Source: Alphaproteobacteria bacterium
GTDB lineage: Bacteria > Pseudomonadota > Alphaproteobacteria > Rickettsiales > SXRF01
Direction: 5' to 3'
Assembly: GCA_046344715.1 (NCBI GenBank)
Contig: JBKDKX010000004.1
Span: forward strand, 30,892 to 94,891
Length of the DNA: 64,000 bases
Both the position numbers and the translations under genes were made by a program. The notes under the pieces were generated by a model. That model was not told the DNA's origin and made no database searches. It saw only the letters and a program-made list of their open reading frames with translations. Of the stretch, positions 10,238 to 20,609 are shown one piece after another. Each line of letters starts with the position of its first letter. The stretch's first letter is position 1.

Positions 10238-11272
10238 TTACCTGAAATACACAACATACGCAGCCGTGAGCACTACCCAGAGCAGCGAAAGCGGCAGAAA
10301 TACTTTCCACCCCAAACGCATTAACTGGTCATAGCGATAACGTGGAAGCGTAGCGCGTGCCCAAATAAATACGAACAGACAGAACACCACCTTCAAGATG
10401 AACCAGATGAAACCGGGTATCCATGTGAATATGGCTGCTTCAAACGGCGGATGCCAGCCGCCGAGGAACAGAATGGTGGTCATGCCGCTCATCAGAATCA
10501 TGTTGGCATATTCACCAAGGAAGAAGAGCGCAAAGCTCATGGAAGAATATTCTACGTTGTAACCTGCAACCAGCTCGGCTTCTGCTTCCGGCAAATCAAA
10601 CGGGTGACGGTTGGTTTCCGCCAGTGCCGAGATAAAAAATAAAACAAACATTGGGAAAAGCATAAACTGGCCAGAGAAAATATTGAAGGCGAACCAGTGG
10701 TGCATACCGCCTGCCTGGGCATGCACAATGTCATTCAAATTGAGTGATCCAACTAACAAAAGCACGGTTATGATGACAAAACCGATGGATACTTCGTACG
10801 ATACCATCTGCGCGCTCGAGCGAATTGCGCCAAGGAAGGCATATTTAGAGTTACTCGCCCAGCCCGCCATGATGATACCATAGACGCCCAGTGACGATAC
10901 GGCGAATAGATACAGGATGCCCACATTGATATCGGCAATCACAAAATCTTCGGAAATAGGAATCACCGCCCAACCAAGCATTGCAAGCGCAAATGTAACC
11001 ATCGGTGCGATAAGGAATATAACTTTATTGGCTTCAGACGGCAGAATGGTTTCCTTGCAAAGCAACTTAAGCCCATCGGCAAATGGCTGCAGCAGCCCCC
11101 AGAAACCAACGACGTTTGGGCCTTTCCTGAGCTGCATAGCTGCAATTACCTTGCGCTCCATAAGTGTCAGCATCGCCACGCACACAAGCAGCGGCACCAC
11201 CACCAGCAAAATTTTGCCGATGATGATAAGGAGTGGAAGCACCAAATTCAAAAATGATTCAAAATTTTCCAT
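10238..11272 (-). CDS. nuoH: NADH-quinone oxidoreductase subunit H
   Basis: 344 aa. ..[15 protein letters not shown].. and ..[27 protein letters not shown]... Confidence 0.93.
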   Translation of the reverse strand: MENFESFLNLVLPLLIIIGKILLVVVPLLVCVAMLTLMERKVIAAMQLRKGPNVVGFWGLLQPFADGLKLLCKETILPSEANKVIFLIAPMVTFALAMLGWAVIPISEDFVIADINVGILYLFAVSSLGVYGIIMAGWASNSKYAFLGAIRSSAQMVSYEVSIGFVIITVLLLVGSLNLNDIVHAQAGGMHHWFAFNIFSGQFMLFPMFVLFFISALAETNRHPFDLPEAEAELVAGYNVEYSSMSFALFFLGEYANMILMSGMTTILFLGGWHPPFEAAIFTWIPGFIWFILKVVFCLFVFIWARATLPRYRYDQLMRLGWKVFLPLSLLWVVLTAAYVVYFR

Positions 11273-11275
11273 AAC

Positions 11276-11518
11276 CTAATTGAAGAAGTTATCATTATCT
11301 TTTTTAGAATCGCGCATATTGGACATTATTGCGATCAGTATTGCAGCAACAACACCAATGACAAGCGCAGTACCGACAATGCGCCCCATTAACTCATCGT
11401 TGATCTGGATACCCCATATGTCCAGCAATACAAAAAATGCAACCGCAAGAACAGAAGCCGCTACCACAACCAGTAATTTCTGCTGTCCGGAATATGCACT
11501 CCATTTCATATCAGACAT
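11276..11518 (-). CDS. Small two-TM membrane protein (uncharacterised) between nuoG and nuoH
   Basis: 80 aa with two hydrophobic helices (LLVVVAASVLAVAFFVLL; ALVIGVVAAILIAIM). Packed 3 nt from the nuoH start and overlapping the upstream small ORF. Confidence 0.45.
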   Translation of the reverse strand: MSDMKWSAYSGQQKLLVVVAASVLAVAFFVLLDIWGIQINDELMGRIVGTALVIGVVAAILIAIMSNMRDSKKDNDNFFN

Positions 11519-11723
11519 CCTTCTCCAGAATAGTCACGAATGCCTCACGCTTAAAAAAAAGCAATTCACGACGTGACTCTCTTTCAACTGTCGTTACTTT
11601 CCAACCTTCTTTAGCATGTAAATTCAGGAAATCCGTATATTTGCGTGGATCAACCTTTGCACCAAACAAAAATATAGATCCCAATAATGGCTCTCGATAA
11701 ATCACTACTTTATATTCTTTCAT
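11511..11723 (-). CDS. Small soluble protein, DUF4177-like
   Basis: 70 aa, MKEYKVVIYRE...HAKEGWKVTTVE.... The pattern resembles DUF4177 proteins. It starts directly after the nuoG stop (11724). Confidence 0.45.
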   Translation of the reverse strand: MKEYKVVIYREPLLGSIFLFGAKVDPRKYTDFLNLHAKEGWKVTTVERESRRELLFFKREAFVTILEKDV

Positions 11724-13793
11724 TTACGCCACCTTCTTATGTTGTGGCCCCGCTATTTCCTTGGTGCATTCCGCCATGGTGCGGGAAGCGCGGGAGATAG
11801 GATCGGTCATATAAAAATTCGGGAAGAATTCATCAAACGGCACATCGGAAATATGAAAGGTTTTGGAATGCACCGCCCTGGCTGGCCACTTTGCCGTCAC
11901 TATCTCACCCACATGCGCCATATGCGGAGCCACTTGCGCCATGCGTGCACGCAACTGCGTCAATGTATTATACGGCAGCGAAATTTTGAGGACATCCGCC
12001 AACGCGCGCAGTATCGTCCAGTCCTCTTTCGCTTGCCCGGGTGGGAACACTGCCTGCTTTGTTTGTTGTACGCGGCCTTCAAGATTTACGAATGTAGCAT
12101 CTTTCTCAGTGTATGCCCCGCCAGGAAGCACCACATCGGCACGGTGCGCGCCGTCATCTCCGTGATGCCCCTGATAAATCACGAATGATTTACCAAGCAA
12201 GTTCATATCAAACTCATCAGCCCCCAGAAGATACACAAGCTTGATTGCACCGGTGCTGCAACCATCAAAAATCTCGGCAATATCCTTGCCACCTTTTGCT
12301 GGCACGAACCCGAGGTCAAGCGCACCTACGCGCCCAGCCGCATGATGTAGCACATTAAACCCATTCCAGTCAGAACGAATAATTTTCGCGCGCTCTGCAA
12401 GTACCAGTGACGCTCCAAATACCTCGCTACCATCGTTACGGGCAAGAGCGGCAGAACCAAGAATAATCATAGGATTTTTAGCACTCGCCAAAATATCGCT
12501 CAACGGATGCTTACCGGAAGCAATATCCGCTAGAATACGCGGATCACTACCCAGATGCTCATACGGATACGTTAGTTCATTCTCATGGCCAAGGTTATAG
12601 ACGCGCAGACCATTATTTAGCCATGCCTTGCGAATGCGGGCATTCACCAGCGACGCCTCACGGCGCGGATTCACACCAACGAGCAGGCAAACATCCGCCT
12701 GTTCAATACCGGAAATGGTGGTGTTAAACAAATAATGCGCACGATTCTCTGCATCAATTTTAGCACCTTCCTGACGACAATCGCGATTTGCCACACCCAG
12801 CGCATCAAGCACATCTTTTAGTGCTATTACGCTTTCCGCACATACCATATTACCCGCAAGTGCCGCCATTTCTTCAGGCTTTAATGCCTTCATGCGCTCA
12901 GCGATTACAGCTAGCGCCTGTTCCCATGTGGCTTCCTGCAGTTTACCGTTGGCACCACGCACATACGGTTTATCCAGTCGTTGCAAGCGCAGGCCATCAC
13001 ACGCAAGGCGAGTTTTATCAGAAATCCACTCTTCATTGATATCTTCATTCACACGCGGCAACACGCGCAACACGGAAGCACCACGGCTATCCACGCGGAT
13101 ATTGCTGCCCACTGCATCCAGCACATCGATGGTTTCCGTTTTTTTCAGCTCCCATGGGCGAGCTGCAAATGCATAAGGTTTAGAGGTAAGCGCACCTACA
13201 GGACATAAATCAGCAAGGTTGCCAGAGAGTTCAGAGGTCAGTGATTTTTCGACATACGTGCCGATCTCCATGTGTTCACCACGACCATACGCACCAAGCT
13301 CCGGCACACCAGCAATCTGCGTAGCAAAGCGCACACAGCGCGTGCAGTGAATACAGCGCGTCATCTCGGTTTTGATAACAGGCCCCATATATTTATCTTC
13401 CACGGCGCGCTTGTGCTCTGTGTAGCGGCTTTTACCGGTGCCGTAGGCCATCGCCTGATCCTGCAAGTCGCACTCGCCGCCCTGATCGCAGATTGGACAA
13501 TCCAGCGGGTGGTTGATAAGCAGAAATTCCATTACCCCTTCGCGGGCTTTTTTTACCATCGGCGAATTGGTTTTTACCACCATGCCATCAGCGCAAGGAA
13601 GCGCGCACGAGGCCTGCGGCTTCGGTGGACCAGGAGATACTTCTACCAAACACATGCGACAGTTACCGGCAATCGCAAGACGCTCATGATAGCAAAAACG
13701 CGGTATCTCGATGCCCAGCTGCTCACAGGCCTGAATCAGCACTGTGCCCTGTTCAACTTCTATCTCTTGTCCATCAATCGTAAGTTTAGGCAT
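11724..13793 (-). CDS. nuoG: NADH-quinone oxidoreductase subunit G
   Basis: 689 aa. N-terminal 2Fe-2S/4Fe-4S motifs CYHERLAIAGNCRMCLVEV, HPLDCPICDQGGECDLQD and CIHCTRCVRF. Confidence 0.93.
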   Translation of the reverse strand: MPKLTIDGQEIEVEQGTVLIQACEQLGIEIPRFCYHERLAIAGNCRMCLVEVSPGPPKPQASCALPCADGMVVKTNSPMVKKAREGVMEFLLINHPLDCPICDQGGECDLQDQAMAYGTGKSRYTEHKRAVEDKYMGPVIKTEMTRCIHCTRCVRFATQIAGVPELGAYGRGEHMEIGTYVEKSLTSELSGNLADLCPVGALTSKPYAFAARPWELKKTETIDVLDAVGSNIRVDSRGASVLRVLPRVNEDINEEWISDKTRLACDGLRLQRLDKPYVRGANGKLQEATWEQALAVIAERMKALKPEEMAALAGNMVCAESVIALKDVLDALGVANRDCRQEGAKIDAENRAHYLFNTTISGIEQADVCLLVGVNPRREASLVNARIRKAWLNNGLRVYNLGHENELTYPYEHLGSDPRILADIASGKHPLSDILASAKNPMIILGSAALARNDGSEVFGASLVLAERAKIIRSDWNGFNVLHHAAGRVGALDLGFVPAKGGKDIAEIFDGCSTGAIKLVYLLGADEFDMNLLGKSFVIYQGHHGDDGAHRADVVLPGGAYTEKDATFVNLEGRVQQTKQAVFPPGQAKEDWTILRALADVLKISLPYNTLTQLRARMAQVAPHMAHVGEIVTAKWPARAVHSKTFHISDVPFDEFFPNFYMTDPISRASRTMAECTKEIAGPQHKKVA

Positions 13794-13802
13794 ATATTCT
13801 TA

Positions 13803-14150
13803 TCACCGATTACCTTGTTGCTTTGCCAATTCATTCATCAACATGAAAATTTTTTCTTTCAACATCTCAAATTCAGTCAGTTTTGGCCTCTTGAATTTTA
13901 CAAGACTGTAATTGACTTTAGTGTGCTCATTCTGGCTACGACCTGAACGCACGAATTCTATACTACCCATACCCAACATCATCGGTGATTTGAACACCAC
14001 TTCAGAAATAGCCATGATAGGAATTTCACGCTTCGCGTTTGGCCCATACTTGAACATGTTCCATATCCCCGGACGATGGATGATTACACGGTCAGAAAGC
14101 AACTCCACCTGCCCGTCAAATCCTTCCACAAACATAATGCGCTTGGCCAT
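13803..14150 (-). CDS. Small uncharacterised protein (bacterial PH-like fold suspected) between nuoF and nuoG
   Basis: 115 aa. ..DRVIIHRPG...REIPIMAISEVVFKSPMMLGMGSIEFV.. resembles bPH/DUF4429-type domains. 8 to 9 nt spacers on both sides. Confidence 0.4.
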   Translation of the reverse strand: MAKRIMFVEGFDGQVELLSDRVIIHRPGIWNMFKYGPNAKREIPIMAISEVVFKSPMMLGMGSIEFVRSGRSQNEHTKVNYSLVKFKRPKLTEFEMLKEKIFMLMNELAKQQGNR

Positions 14151-14158
14151 ATATGCTC

Positions 14159-15442
14159 CTATGCTGCCCTTTTACCGGTGAATTCATGAATACGCCGCTC
14201 AATCTCCGGGCGGAAGTGGCGCACCAGCCCCTGAACCGGCCACGCCGCAGCATCACCCAGCGCACAGATAGTGTGACCTTCAATCCGGCCTGCTACGTCA
14301 AGCATTTGATCTATCTCTTCAACTGTCGCATTGCCGCGCACCATGCGCTCCATCATGCGCCATAGCCAGCCTGTGCCCTCACGACACGGCGTGCATTGAC
14401 CACAGGATTCATGCGTATAAAATTTAGAAAGGCGCGCGATAGCTTTCACAACGTCGGTGGATTTATCCATCACAATCACCGCCGCCGTGCCAAGGCCGGA
14501 TTTCACTGCTTTTAAGCTGTCAAAATCCATCAGAACCGTATCGCAAATATCTTTTGGCAGCAGCGGAACTGATGAACCACCGGGAATAATGGCCAGCAAA
14601 TTATCCCAACCGCCGCGTACACCGCCGGCATGACGCTCGATAAGTTCTTTCAGCGGAATGCCCATTTCCTCTTCCACGTTACATGGATGGTTCACATGGC
14701 CGGAAATACAGAATACTTTTGTGCCCGTATTATTTGGGCGGCCAATACCCGCAAACCATGCTGAACCACGGCGCAGGATGGTCGGCACCACCGCGATAGA
14801 TTCCACATTATTCACCGTGGTTGGGCAACCCCATACACCCATAGCTGCTGGAAATGGCGGCTTCAGGCGCGGCTGGCCTTTTTTTCCTTCGAGCGATTCA
14901 ATGAGCGCAGTTTCTTCACCACAAATATACGCCCCTGCCCCACGATGCACATAAATATCGCAGTCATACCCAGAACCGCAGGCATTTTTGCCGATAAGTT
15001 TTGCGTCATAGGCTTCTTGTATCGCATGTTCTAGGCGATCCGCTTCTTCATGGAATTCACCGCGGATATAAATATACGCCGCCACCGCACGCATCGCAAA
15101 GCAGGCAATCAGGCAGCCTTCGATGAGCTTGTGCGGATCATGGCGCATCATGTCGCGGTCTTTGCAGGTGCCTGGCTCGCCTTCGTCGGCATTCACCACA
15201 AGATATGACGGCCTGCCATCGGATTTCTTCGGCATGAACGACCATTTGATACCGGTAGAAAACCCAGCACCACCGCGGCCACGCAGGCCAGAAGCTTTGA
15301 CTTCTTCAATAATAGCCTCCTGCCCCTTGGCAAGAATAGCTTTGGTATTATCCCAATCACCACGCGCACGCGCGCCAGCCAACGTCCAGTCTTCGTAGCC
15401 ATAGAGGTTGGTGAATATACGGTCTGAGTCTTTAAGCATCAC
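14159..15442 (-). CDS. nuoF: NADH-quinone oxidoreductase subunit F
   Basis: 427 aa. FMN/NADH site [16 protein letters not shown]. 4Fe-4S motif [12 protein letters not shown]. Confidence 0.95.
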   Translation of the reverse strand: MMLKDSDRIFTNLYGYEDWTLAGARARGDWDNTKAILAKGQEAIIEEVKASGLRGRGGAGFSTGIKWSFMPKKSDGRPSYLVVNADEGEPGTCKDRDMMRHDPHKLIEGCLIACFAMRAVAAYIYIRGEFHEEADRLEHAIQEAYDAKLIGKNACGSGYDCDIYVHRGAGAYICGEETALIESLEGKKGQPRLKPPFPAAMGVWGCPTTVNNVESIAVVPTILRRGSAWFAGIGRPNNTGTKVFCISGHVNHPCNVEEEMGIPLKELIERHAGGVRGGWDNLLAIIPGGSSVPLLPKDICDTVLMDFDSLKAVKSGLGTAAVIVMDKSTDVVKAIARLSKFYTHESCGQCTPCREGTGWLWRMMERMVRGNATVEEIDQMLDVAGRIEGHTICALGDAAAWPVQGLVRHFRPEIERRIHEFTGKRAA

Positions 15443-16047
15443 TTCACCTCTTTTAATGAAGTAAGACCTACCACTGGCTCGGAGCTGCGGCGTGAGCTTT
15501 GCGGGCCGGGCTTTGGTTGGTTGCCACGGGCGATTGTATCAATGATACGCGTCATGGAATCCGGCGATAGGTCTTCGTAATACACATCATCAATCGAGCA
15601 CATCGGCGCATTCACGCACGCCCCCAGACACTCCACTTCACGCAGTGTAAATTGACCATCCGGCGTGGTCTGCCCAAGACCAATGCCGAGGTGCGATTTG
15701 CAGGCATCCACAATACCATCCGAGCCACGCAACCAACATGGTGTGGTGGTGCATAATTCAATGGTGTGCCTTCCAACTGGCTCAAGGTTATACATGGTGT
15801 AAAAACTCGCCACCTCATACACGCGCACCGGCGGCATGGAGAGCATATCCGCCACATAATCCATGGCCACTTTAGAAAGCCAGTTTGCATTCTGCTTCTG
15901 CGCCAACGTAAGCAGCGGCATGAGTGCGCTTTGCTGGCGGCCAGCCGGGTAACGCGCAATAATCGCCTGTGCTTTTTTCAGATTTTCATCGGTAAAAGCA
16001 AAAGACTGTTCAAACTGTGTGTGTGCGAGGTGATGTTTTCCTACCAT
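15439..16047 (-). CDS. nuoE: NADH-quinone oxidoreductase subunit E
   Basis: 202 aa. 2Fe-2S ligand regions ..[13 protein letters not shown].. and ..[11 protein letters not shown]... ATGA overlap with nuoF. Confidence 0.93.
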   Translation of the reverse strand: MVGKHHLAHTQFEQSFAFTDENLKKAQAIIARYPAGRQQSALMPLLTLAQKQNANWLSKVAMDYVADMLSMPPVRVYEVASFYTMYNLEPVGRHTIELCTTTPCWLRGSDGIVDACKSHLGIGLGQTTPDGQFTLREVECLGACVNAPMCSIDDVYYEDLSPDSMTRIIDTIARGNQPKPGPQSSRRSSEPVVGLTSLKEVK

Positions 16048-16052
16048 ATATC

Positions 16053-16748
16053 TTACCGCTTTTTCTTCTTTTTCTTATTCTTTCTTGTACCCTGTTCAGC
16101 AGCTGTATAAACCTTCTGATACACCCTTACCATCCTGACATTTGCCTTATCAGGCGGCGGCATTAGAAGCATCTGGCCAACACTGAACGGATCCAGTTTA
16201 TTGGCAGCAATAAAGCAAGCAAGACTATCATATGACACACCATCTTTATAAAAATACAGCACACCACTATCATGCATTACAAATTGCTCAAGCACCTTAC
16301 TGCGGTTTGAACGAAGCTTATTTAACACATTGGTGTCAGACCCAGGGCTCTGAGAGCCTTTGAAGCTTGCGAATGTGTCATCTTTCTCAAAAATAAAATA
16401 CTGAAAGGGCGACGCTGAATAATCACTAAGCTCAATACCCGTAGGGTTTTCAAACACCATCATCAGCTTCCATAATCCAACGATATCATTTTTTGTGCAT
16501 AATCTTGATGGAGGCAACGCAGGAAAATAAGCTTCCGTGCTATTAGGTATCAGCCTTGGAGCCTGCTGTGCATTATTTTGCAGTGCCGCATCTGGCAATT
16601 CAGGGACTTCCAAAGCGGGTTCCTCACCTTCATCCACCTCCTCTGAGTCAGGCGCACCAAAAAGACCGCCACCATCCATCTGGGCACTGGCTGGTGACAC
16701 ATTAGAAATTATAATCAATGCTAAGAGAATAAATAATCTGTACATCAT
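16053..16748 (-). CDS. Exported uncharacterised protein with acidic linker and poly-Lys tail, between nuoD and nuoE
   Basis: 231 aa. Signal peptide [22 protein letters not shown], then an acidic E/D/P segment. C-terminus is ..[15 protein letters not shown] overlap with the nuoD stop and a 5-nt gap to the nuoE start. Confidence 0.5.
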   Translation of the reverse strand: MMYRLFILLALIIISNVSPASAQMDGGGLFGAPDSEEVDEGEEPALEVPELPDAALQNNAQQAPRLIPNSTEAYFPALPPSRLCTKNDIVGLWKLMMVFENPTGIELSDYSASPFQYFIFEKDDTFASFKGSQSPGSDTNVLNKLRSNRSKVLEQFVMHDSGVLYFYKDGVSYDSLACFIAANKLDPFSVGQMLLMPPPDKANVRMVRVYQKVYTAAEQGTRKNKKKKKKR

Positions 16749-17923
16749 CGGTCTATCTCCCCGAAAACGATATCCATTGTGCCTATGATAGCCACAACAT
16801 CTGCCAGCATATGCCCTTTGCTCATAAAGTCCAGTGCCTGCAGGTGTGCAAACCCTGGCGCGCGCACCTTGCAGCGGTATGGTTTGTTTGTGCCATCCGC
16901 CACCAGATACACGCCAAATTCACCTTTTGGTGCTTCCACAGCCGTATAGGTTTCACCGGCAGGCACGTGATACCCTTCGGTATATAACTTGAAGTGATGG
17001 ATAAGCGCTTCCATGGACTGTTTCATATTACCACGCTTAGGTGGCGCAATTTTAGGATCATCGGTTACCACTGGCCCTTTTGGCATACGGTCAAGACACT
17101 GTTTGATAATGCGAAGCGACTGGCGCATTTCTTCCATGCGTACCAGATACCTATCCCACGAATCGCCATTTTTGCCGATCGGAATATCAAAATCCAGCTG
17201 TTCATAAATTTCATACGGCTGGCTCTTACGTAAATCCCATGCAATGCCTGATCCACGCAGCATCGGCCCAGAGAACCCCCAGTCAAATGCTTCTTTGGCT
17301 GTGACGATACCAATATCAACAAGCCGCTGCTTGAAGATGCGGTTTTCGGTTAGTAGGCTATCTACGTCATCAATGATTTTTTTGAAACCTTCAGCGAAGG
17401 AATAAATATCGTCTTCCATGCCTGCCGGAATATCCTGATGCACCCCACCCGGGCGAATATAAGCAGAATGGAAGCGTGCACCGGAAGCACGCTCATAAAA
17501 TTCCAGCACTTTTTCACGCTCTTCAAACATCCAGAGCAGCGGTGTCATTGCCCCAACATCAAGCGCTTGTGTGGTGACGTTAAGAATATGGTTTAAGATG
17601 CGGGTAAGCTCGGAGAAGAGCACGCGGATGTATTTGGCACGAAGTGGCACTTCGCAACCCAGCAGCTTTTCCACCGCCAGTGAGAAGCAATGCTCCTGGT
17701 TCATCGGCGATACATAATCCAGCCGGTCAAAATAAGGCAGTGCTTGCAAATAGGTTTTGTGCTCAATCAATTTTTCTGTGCCACGATGCAGAAGGCCGAT
17801 ATGCGGATCAGCGCGTTGCACCACCTCCCCGTCCATCTCCAGCACAAGCCGAAGCACACCATGCGCCGCCGGATGTTGTGGGCCAAAATTGAGGGTGAGA
17901 TTTTTCAGTTCGACCTGAGTCAT
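16745..17923 (-). CDS. nuoD: NADH-quinone oxidoreductase subunit D
   Basis: 392 aa. [23 protein letters not shown]... and C-terminal ..IVFGEIDR. Confidence 0.95.
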   Translation of the reverse strand: MTQVELKNLTLNFGPQHPAAHGVLRLVLEMDGEVVQRADPHIGLLHRGTEKLIEHKTYLQALPYFDRLDYVSPMNQEHCFSLAVEKLLGCEVPLRAKYIRVLFSELTRILNHILNVTTQALDVGAMTPLLWMFEEREKVLEFYERASGARFHSAYIRPGGVHQDIPAGMEDDIYSFAEGFKKIIDDVDSLLTENRIFKQRLVDIGIVTAKEAFDWGFSGPMLRGSGIAWDLRKSQPYEIYEQLDFDIPIGKNGDSWDRYLVRMEEMRQSLRIIKQCLDRMPKGPVVTDDPKIAPPKRGNMKQSMEALIHHFKLYTEGYHVPAGETYTAVEAPKGEFGVYLVADGTNKPYRCKVRAPGFAHLQALDFMSKGHMLADVVAIIGTMDIVFGEIDR

Positions 17924-18426
17924 AAAAACCTATGCATAATGTACACATCCACCAGTTTTTTTGTAGCATGTTGGAAACCTTTGGGCAGCGTGCCAACAAT
18001 TTTAAACCCCAGCGATTGCCACAATTCCACCGCTATCTTGTTGGTGCTGACCACAAAGTTGAACTGCATAGCCTTATAGCCAAGTTTCTTTGCCTGCTTG
18101 ATAGCATGCTTGCCAAGCGCCTGCCCGATCCCCATACGACGATAATCCGGACTAACGATAAAAGAAGCATTAGCCACGTGATCGGCATGGCAGGTGCGGT
18201 TCGGGCGCACCGCCGCCATAGCCGCCACCTTACCCTTGACATCAGCCACATAGCAATGTGTGCCTTTGGCAGTCATCCAGTATGCAAGTGAACGTTCTGG
18301 CGTCATCTCTTTACGTGAATAAGAATAGGTTTGCCCCTCATCGAGAATCTGGCAGAAAATGTCATATATCTCTTCAAAATCTTCTAACTTTGCTTCCCTG
18401 ATGGTGAATGCTGCTTGCTTTGCCAT
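17920..18426 (-). CDS. GNAT family N-acetyltransferase inserted between nuoC and nuoD
   Basis: 168 aa. Acetyl-CoA motif A ..[23 protein letters not shown]... ATGA overlap with the nuoD start and a 2-nt gap after the nuoC stop. Confidence 0.8.
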   Translation of the reverse strand: MAKQAAFTIREAKLEDFEEIYDIFCQILDEGQTYSYSRKEMTPERSLAYWMTAKGTHCYVADVKGKVAAMAAVRPNRTCHADHVANASFIVSPDYRRMGIGQALGKHAIKQAKKLGYKAMQFNFVVSTNKIAVELWQSLGFKIVGTLPKGFQHATKKLVDVYIMHRFL

Positions 18427-18428
18427 CG

Positions 18429-19025
18429 CTATTTCGTTCCTGTCGCCTTCTCATCCCCAGGCAGCACATAGTCCGCGCCCTCCCACGGACTTAAAAAATC
18501 AAAACTGCGGTAAGCCTGATTGAGCTTTACCGGCTCATACACCACGCGCTTTTGCACTTCATCATACCTAAGCTCAACATAGCCGGTAAGGGGGAAATCT
18601 TTGCGCTGCGGATGCCCGTCAAACCCATAATCTGTAAGTATACGGCGCAGATCAGGATGACCGGCGAACAGCACACCGTACATATCCCACACTTCGCGCT
18701 CATACCAACCAGCAGCAGAATACACACCACAAGCCGTTGGCACCGGAGTTTTATCATCAGTCGCAATCTTTACACGAATACGGGCATTGTGTGTGAAACT
18801 GAGCAGATGATACACCACCTCAAAACGTTTCTCGCGATCAGGATAATCCACACCACAAATATCCGTAAGCTGCACGAATTGACAAGATGCATCATCACGC
18901 AAAAACCACAGCAGGGTTTCGAGATGCGCGTGATCAGTATGAATGACAAACTCGCCATTCACCATCCCAGCATGGAGAATACTACCGGAAATGGATTGTT
19001 GTAAATACGCGACAAAATCGTTCAT
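18429..19025 (-). CDS. nuoC: NADH-quinone oxidoreductase subunit C
   Basis: 198 aa. ..[29 protein letters not shown].. is characteristic of the 30-kDa subunit. Confidence 0.93.
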   Translation of the reverse strand: MNDFVAYLQQSISGSILHAGMVNGEFVIHTDHAHLETLLWFLRDDASCQFVQLTDICGVDYPDREKRFEVVYHLLSFTHNARIRVKIATDDKTPVPTACGVYSAAGWYEREVWDMYGVLFAGHPDLRRILTDYGFDGHPQRKDFPLTGYVELRYDEVQKRVVYEPVKLNQAYRSFDFLSPWEGADYVLPGDEKATGTK

Positions 19026-19588
19026 CGTATGATTGTCCCTACACGACGGATTTTTTTCTGAAGCTGAAGAATGCCATACATCAGTGCCTCAGCAGTTGGC
19101 GGACAACCGGGCACATACACATCCACCGGCACAATACGATCACAACCGCGCACCACCGAATAGGAATAATGGTAATAGCCGCCACCATTGGCGCAGCTAC
19201 CCATGGAAATCACATAGCGCGGTTCGGCCATCTGGTCATAGACTTTGCGCAGTGCCGGTGCCATTTTGTTGCACAGCGTGCCAGCCACAATCATCACGTC
19301 CGCCTGACGCGGACTGGGGCGAAACACTACACCCAAATGATCCATATCATAGCGCGATGCTGCCGCCTGCATCATCTCCACCGCGCAACATGCCAGACCA
19401 AATGTCATTGGCCAAAGCGAGCCGGAACGCGCCCAATTTACCAGATGGTCAAGCTTGGCGACTACAAAGCCCTTGTCGTTCATCTGATCGAAAGCCTGCT
19501 TCAGCAGCCTGTCCTGATCGGTAATGAGCGGCTGGTGACTGGCAACTGGTGACTGAATTACTCCCATTCGAGTGCCCCTTTCTTCCAT
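19022..19588 (-). CDS. nuoB: NADH-quinone oxidoreductase subunit B
   Basis: 188 aa. ..[17 protein letters not shown].., ..[15 protein letters not shown].. and ..VPGCPP... The start may be the internal MGVIQ. Confidence 0.93.
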   Translation of the reverse strand: MEERGTRMGVIQSPVASHQPLITDQDRLLKQAFDQMNDKGFVVAKLDHLVNWARSGSLWPMTFGLACCAVEMMQAAASRYDMDHLGVVFRPSPRQADVMIVAGTLCNKMAPALRKVYDQMAEPRYVISMGSCANGGGYYHYSYSVVRGCDRIVPVDVYVPGCPPTAEALMYGILQLQKKIRRVGTIIR

Positions 19589-19923
19589 TCATAAAGAAAG
19601 CCAATGGTCAGCACAAATAAGAACCCCATCATAGACCAGAACCCCGGCACACCAATTTCTTCCAGTGAAATTGCCCACGGGAACAAAAAAGCCACTTCAA
19701 GGTCAAAGATGATGAATAAAATTGCTACCAAATAAAAGCGCACATCAAACTTGCCGCGTGCGTCGCCGAATGCATCAAAGCCGCACTCATAGGCGGAGAC
19801 TTTTTCCTTATCCGGCTTTTGCCGCGCCAGCAACATCGGCAAAAAAACCATTACACACGCAAGCCCACAGGCAATGCCAAGAAAAACCAGTATCGGAAAG
19901 TAGTTTTGTAAGAGTGTATCCAT
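19558..19923 (-). CDS. nuoA: NADH-quinone oxidoreductase subunit A
   Basis: ORF track starts at 19959. I prefer the ATG at 19923 ([18 protein letters not shown]...), which gives a typical length of about 121 aa. ..YECGF.. and ..[12 protein letters not shown]... Confidence 0.85.
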   Translation of the reverse strand: MDTLLQNYFPILVFLGIACGLACVMVFLPMLLARQKPDKEKVSAYECGFDAFGDARGKFDVRFYLVAILFIIFDLEVAFLFPWAISLEEIGVPGFWSMMGFLFVLTIGFLYEWKKGALEWE

Positions 19924-20046
19924 GCGTATGCTTTTACAGAGTAAACCCCCGCCTTGCAAAGGGATTTTTGCAATTTTTTACTGCAATAACTTATTGCGGG
20001 TAAAGGTTAATAAATGGTATAAAACTGAATCTGGAAAATACGTATC

Positions 20047-20589
20047 ATGACAAAAAAAATATCTCGCAGAACAGAACGCACCCATCAGGGCCTAAGTAAT
20101 GATTCGATCGACATCCAGCAATGTCCGGCCTTTCCCAATCCGACCGGCACAAGCACATTCCGCCAGTTTTTGATTGATAGCGAAAAACTCTACATTGATA
20201 TTGAAAGACCGCGTGTAGCAAAACAGCTACATTTTTTACGCGATATGCTGGATAAGTTGGAAGAAAAGGGTTTTCTATCTCCGGCTGAACGCATACGTTT
20301 TCGCGATACGATTCCTGTATTGGCAAAGATTCAGGAAACTTTCAGGCAAACCAACAAAGAACTTCATTATAAAGCTGTTGAAATTGCTAAAACCAGTGAT
20401 GGAGACAGCCACCAAAAAGCCAGACGCAAGGATAAAAATATCAGCCCGTTAAATGTCAACCCATTTGCAATACAAAACCAGGGATCCGCATGGCTGGAAG
20501 CTGCCGATAACCTCGATATCGTCATCGAAAAATTACAAGACATATGCGGCAAGATGGGAATTTCCCCCATGCCGCCGATATATCGCTAA
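20047..20589 (+). CDS. Hypothetical protein (orphan, no family recognised)
   Basis: 180 aa ORF divergent from nuoA. No motif I can assign. The coding call rests only on ORF length and position. Confidence 0.4.
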   Translation: MTKKISRRTERTHQGLSNDSIDIQQCPAFPNPTGTSTFRQFLIDSEKLYIDIERPRVAKQLHFLRDMLDKLEEKGFLSPAERIRFRDTIPVLAKIQETFRQTNKELHYKAVEIAKTSDGDSHQKARRKDKNISPLNVNPFAIQNQGSAWLEAADNLDIVIEKLQDICGKMGISPMPPIYR

Positions 20590-20609
20590 CTCATTATAAA
20601 CACGAATAT

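Noticed and set aside
10233-10310. 26-codon N-terminal extension of the DedA ORF overlapping the nuoH 3' end
   Set aside because: It would overlap nuoH by 73 nt. The internal ATG at 10232 gives a typical DedA N-terminus and a 5-nt spacer.
13272-13946. 224-aa plus-strand ORF antisense to nuoG
   Set aside because: It lies inside nuoG, whose Fe-S motifs are unambiguous on the other strand. It is a shadow ORF.
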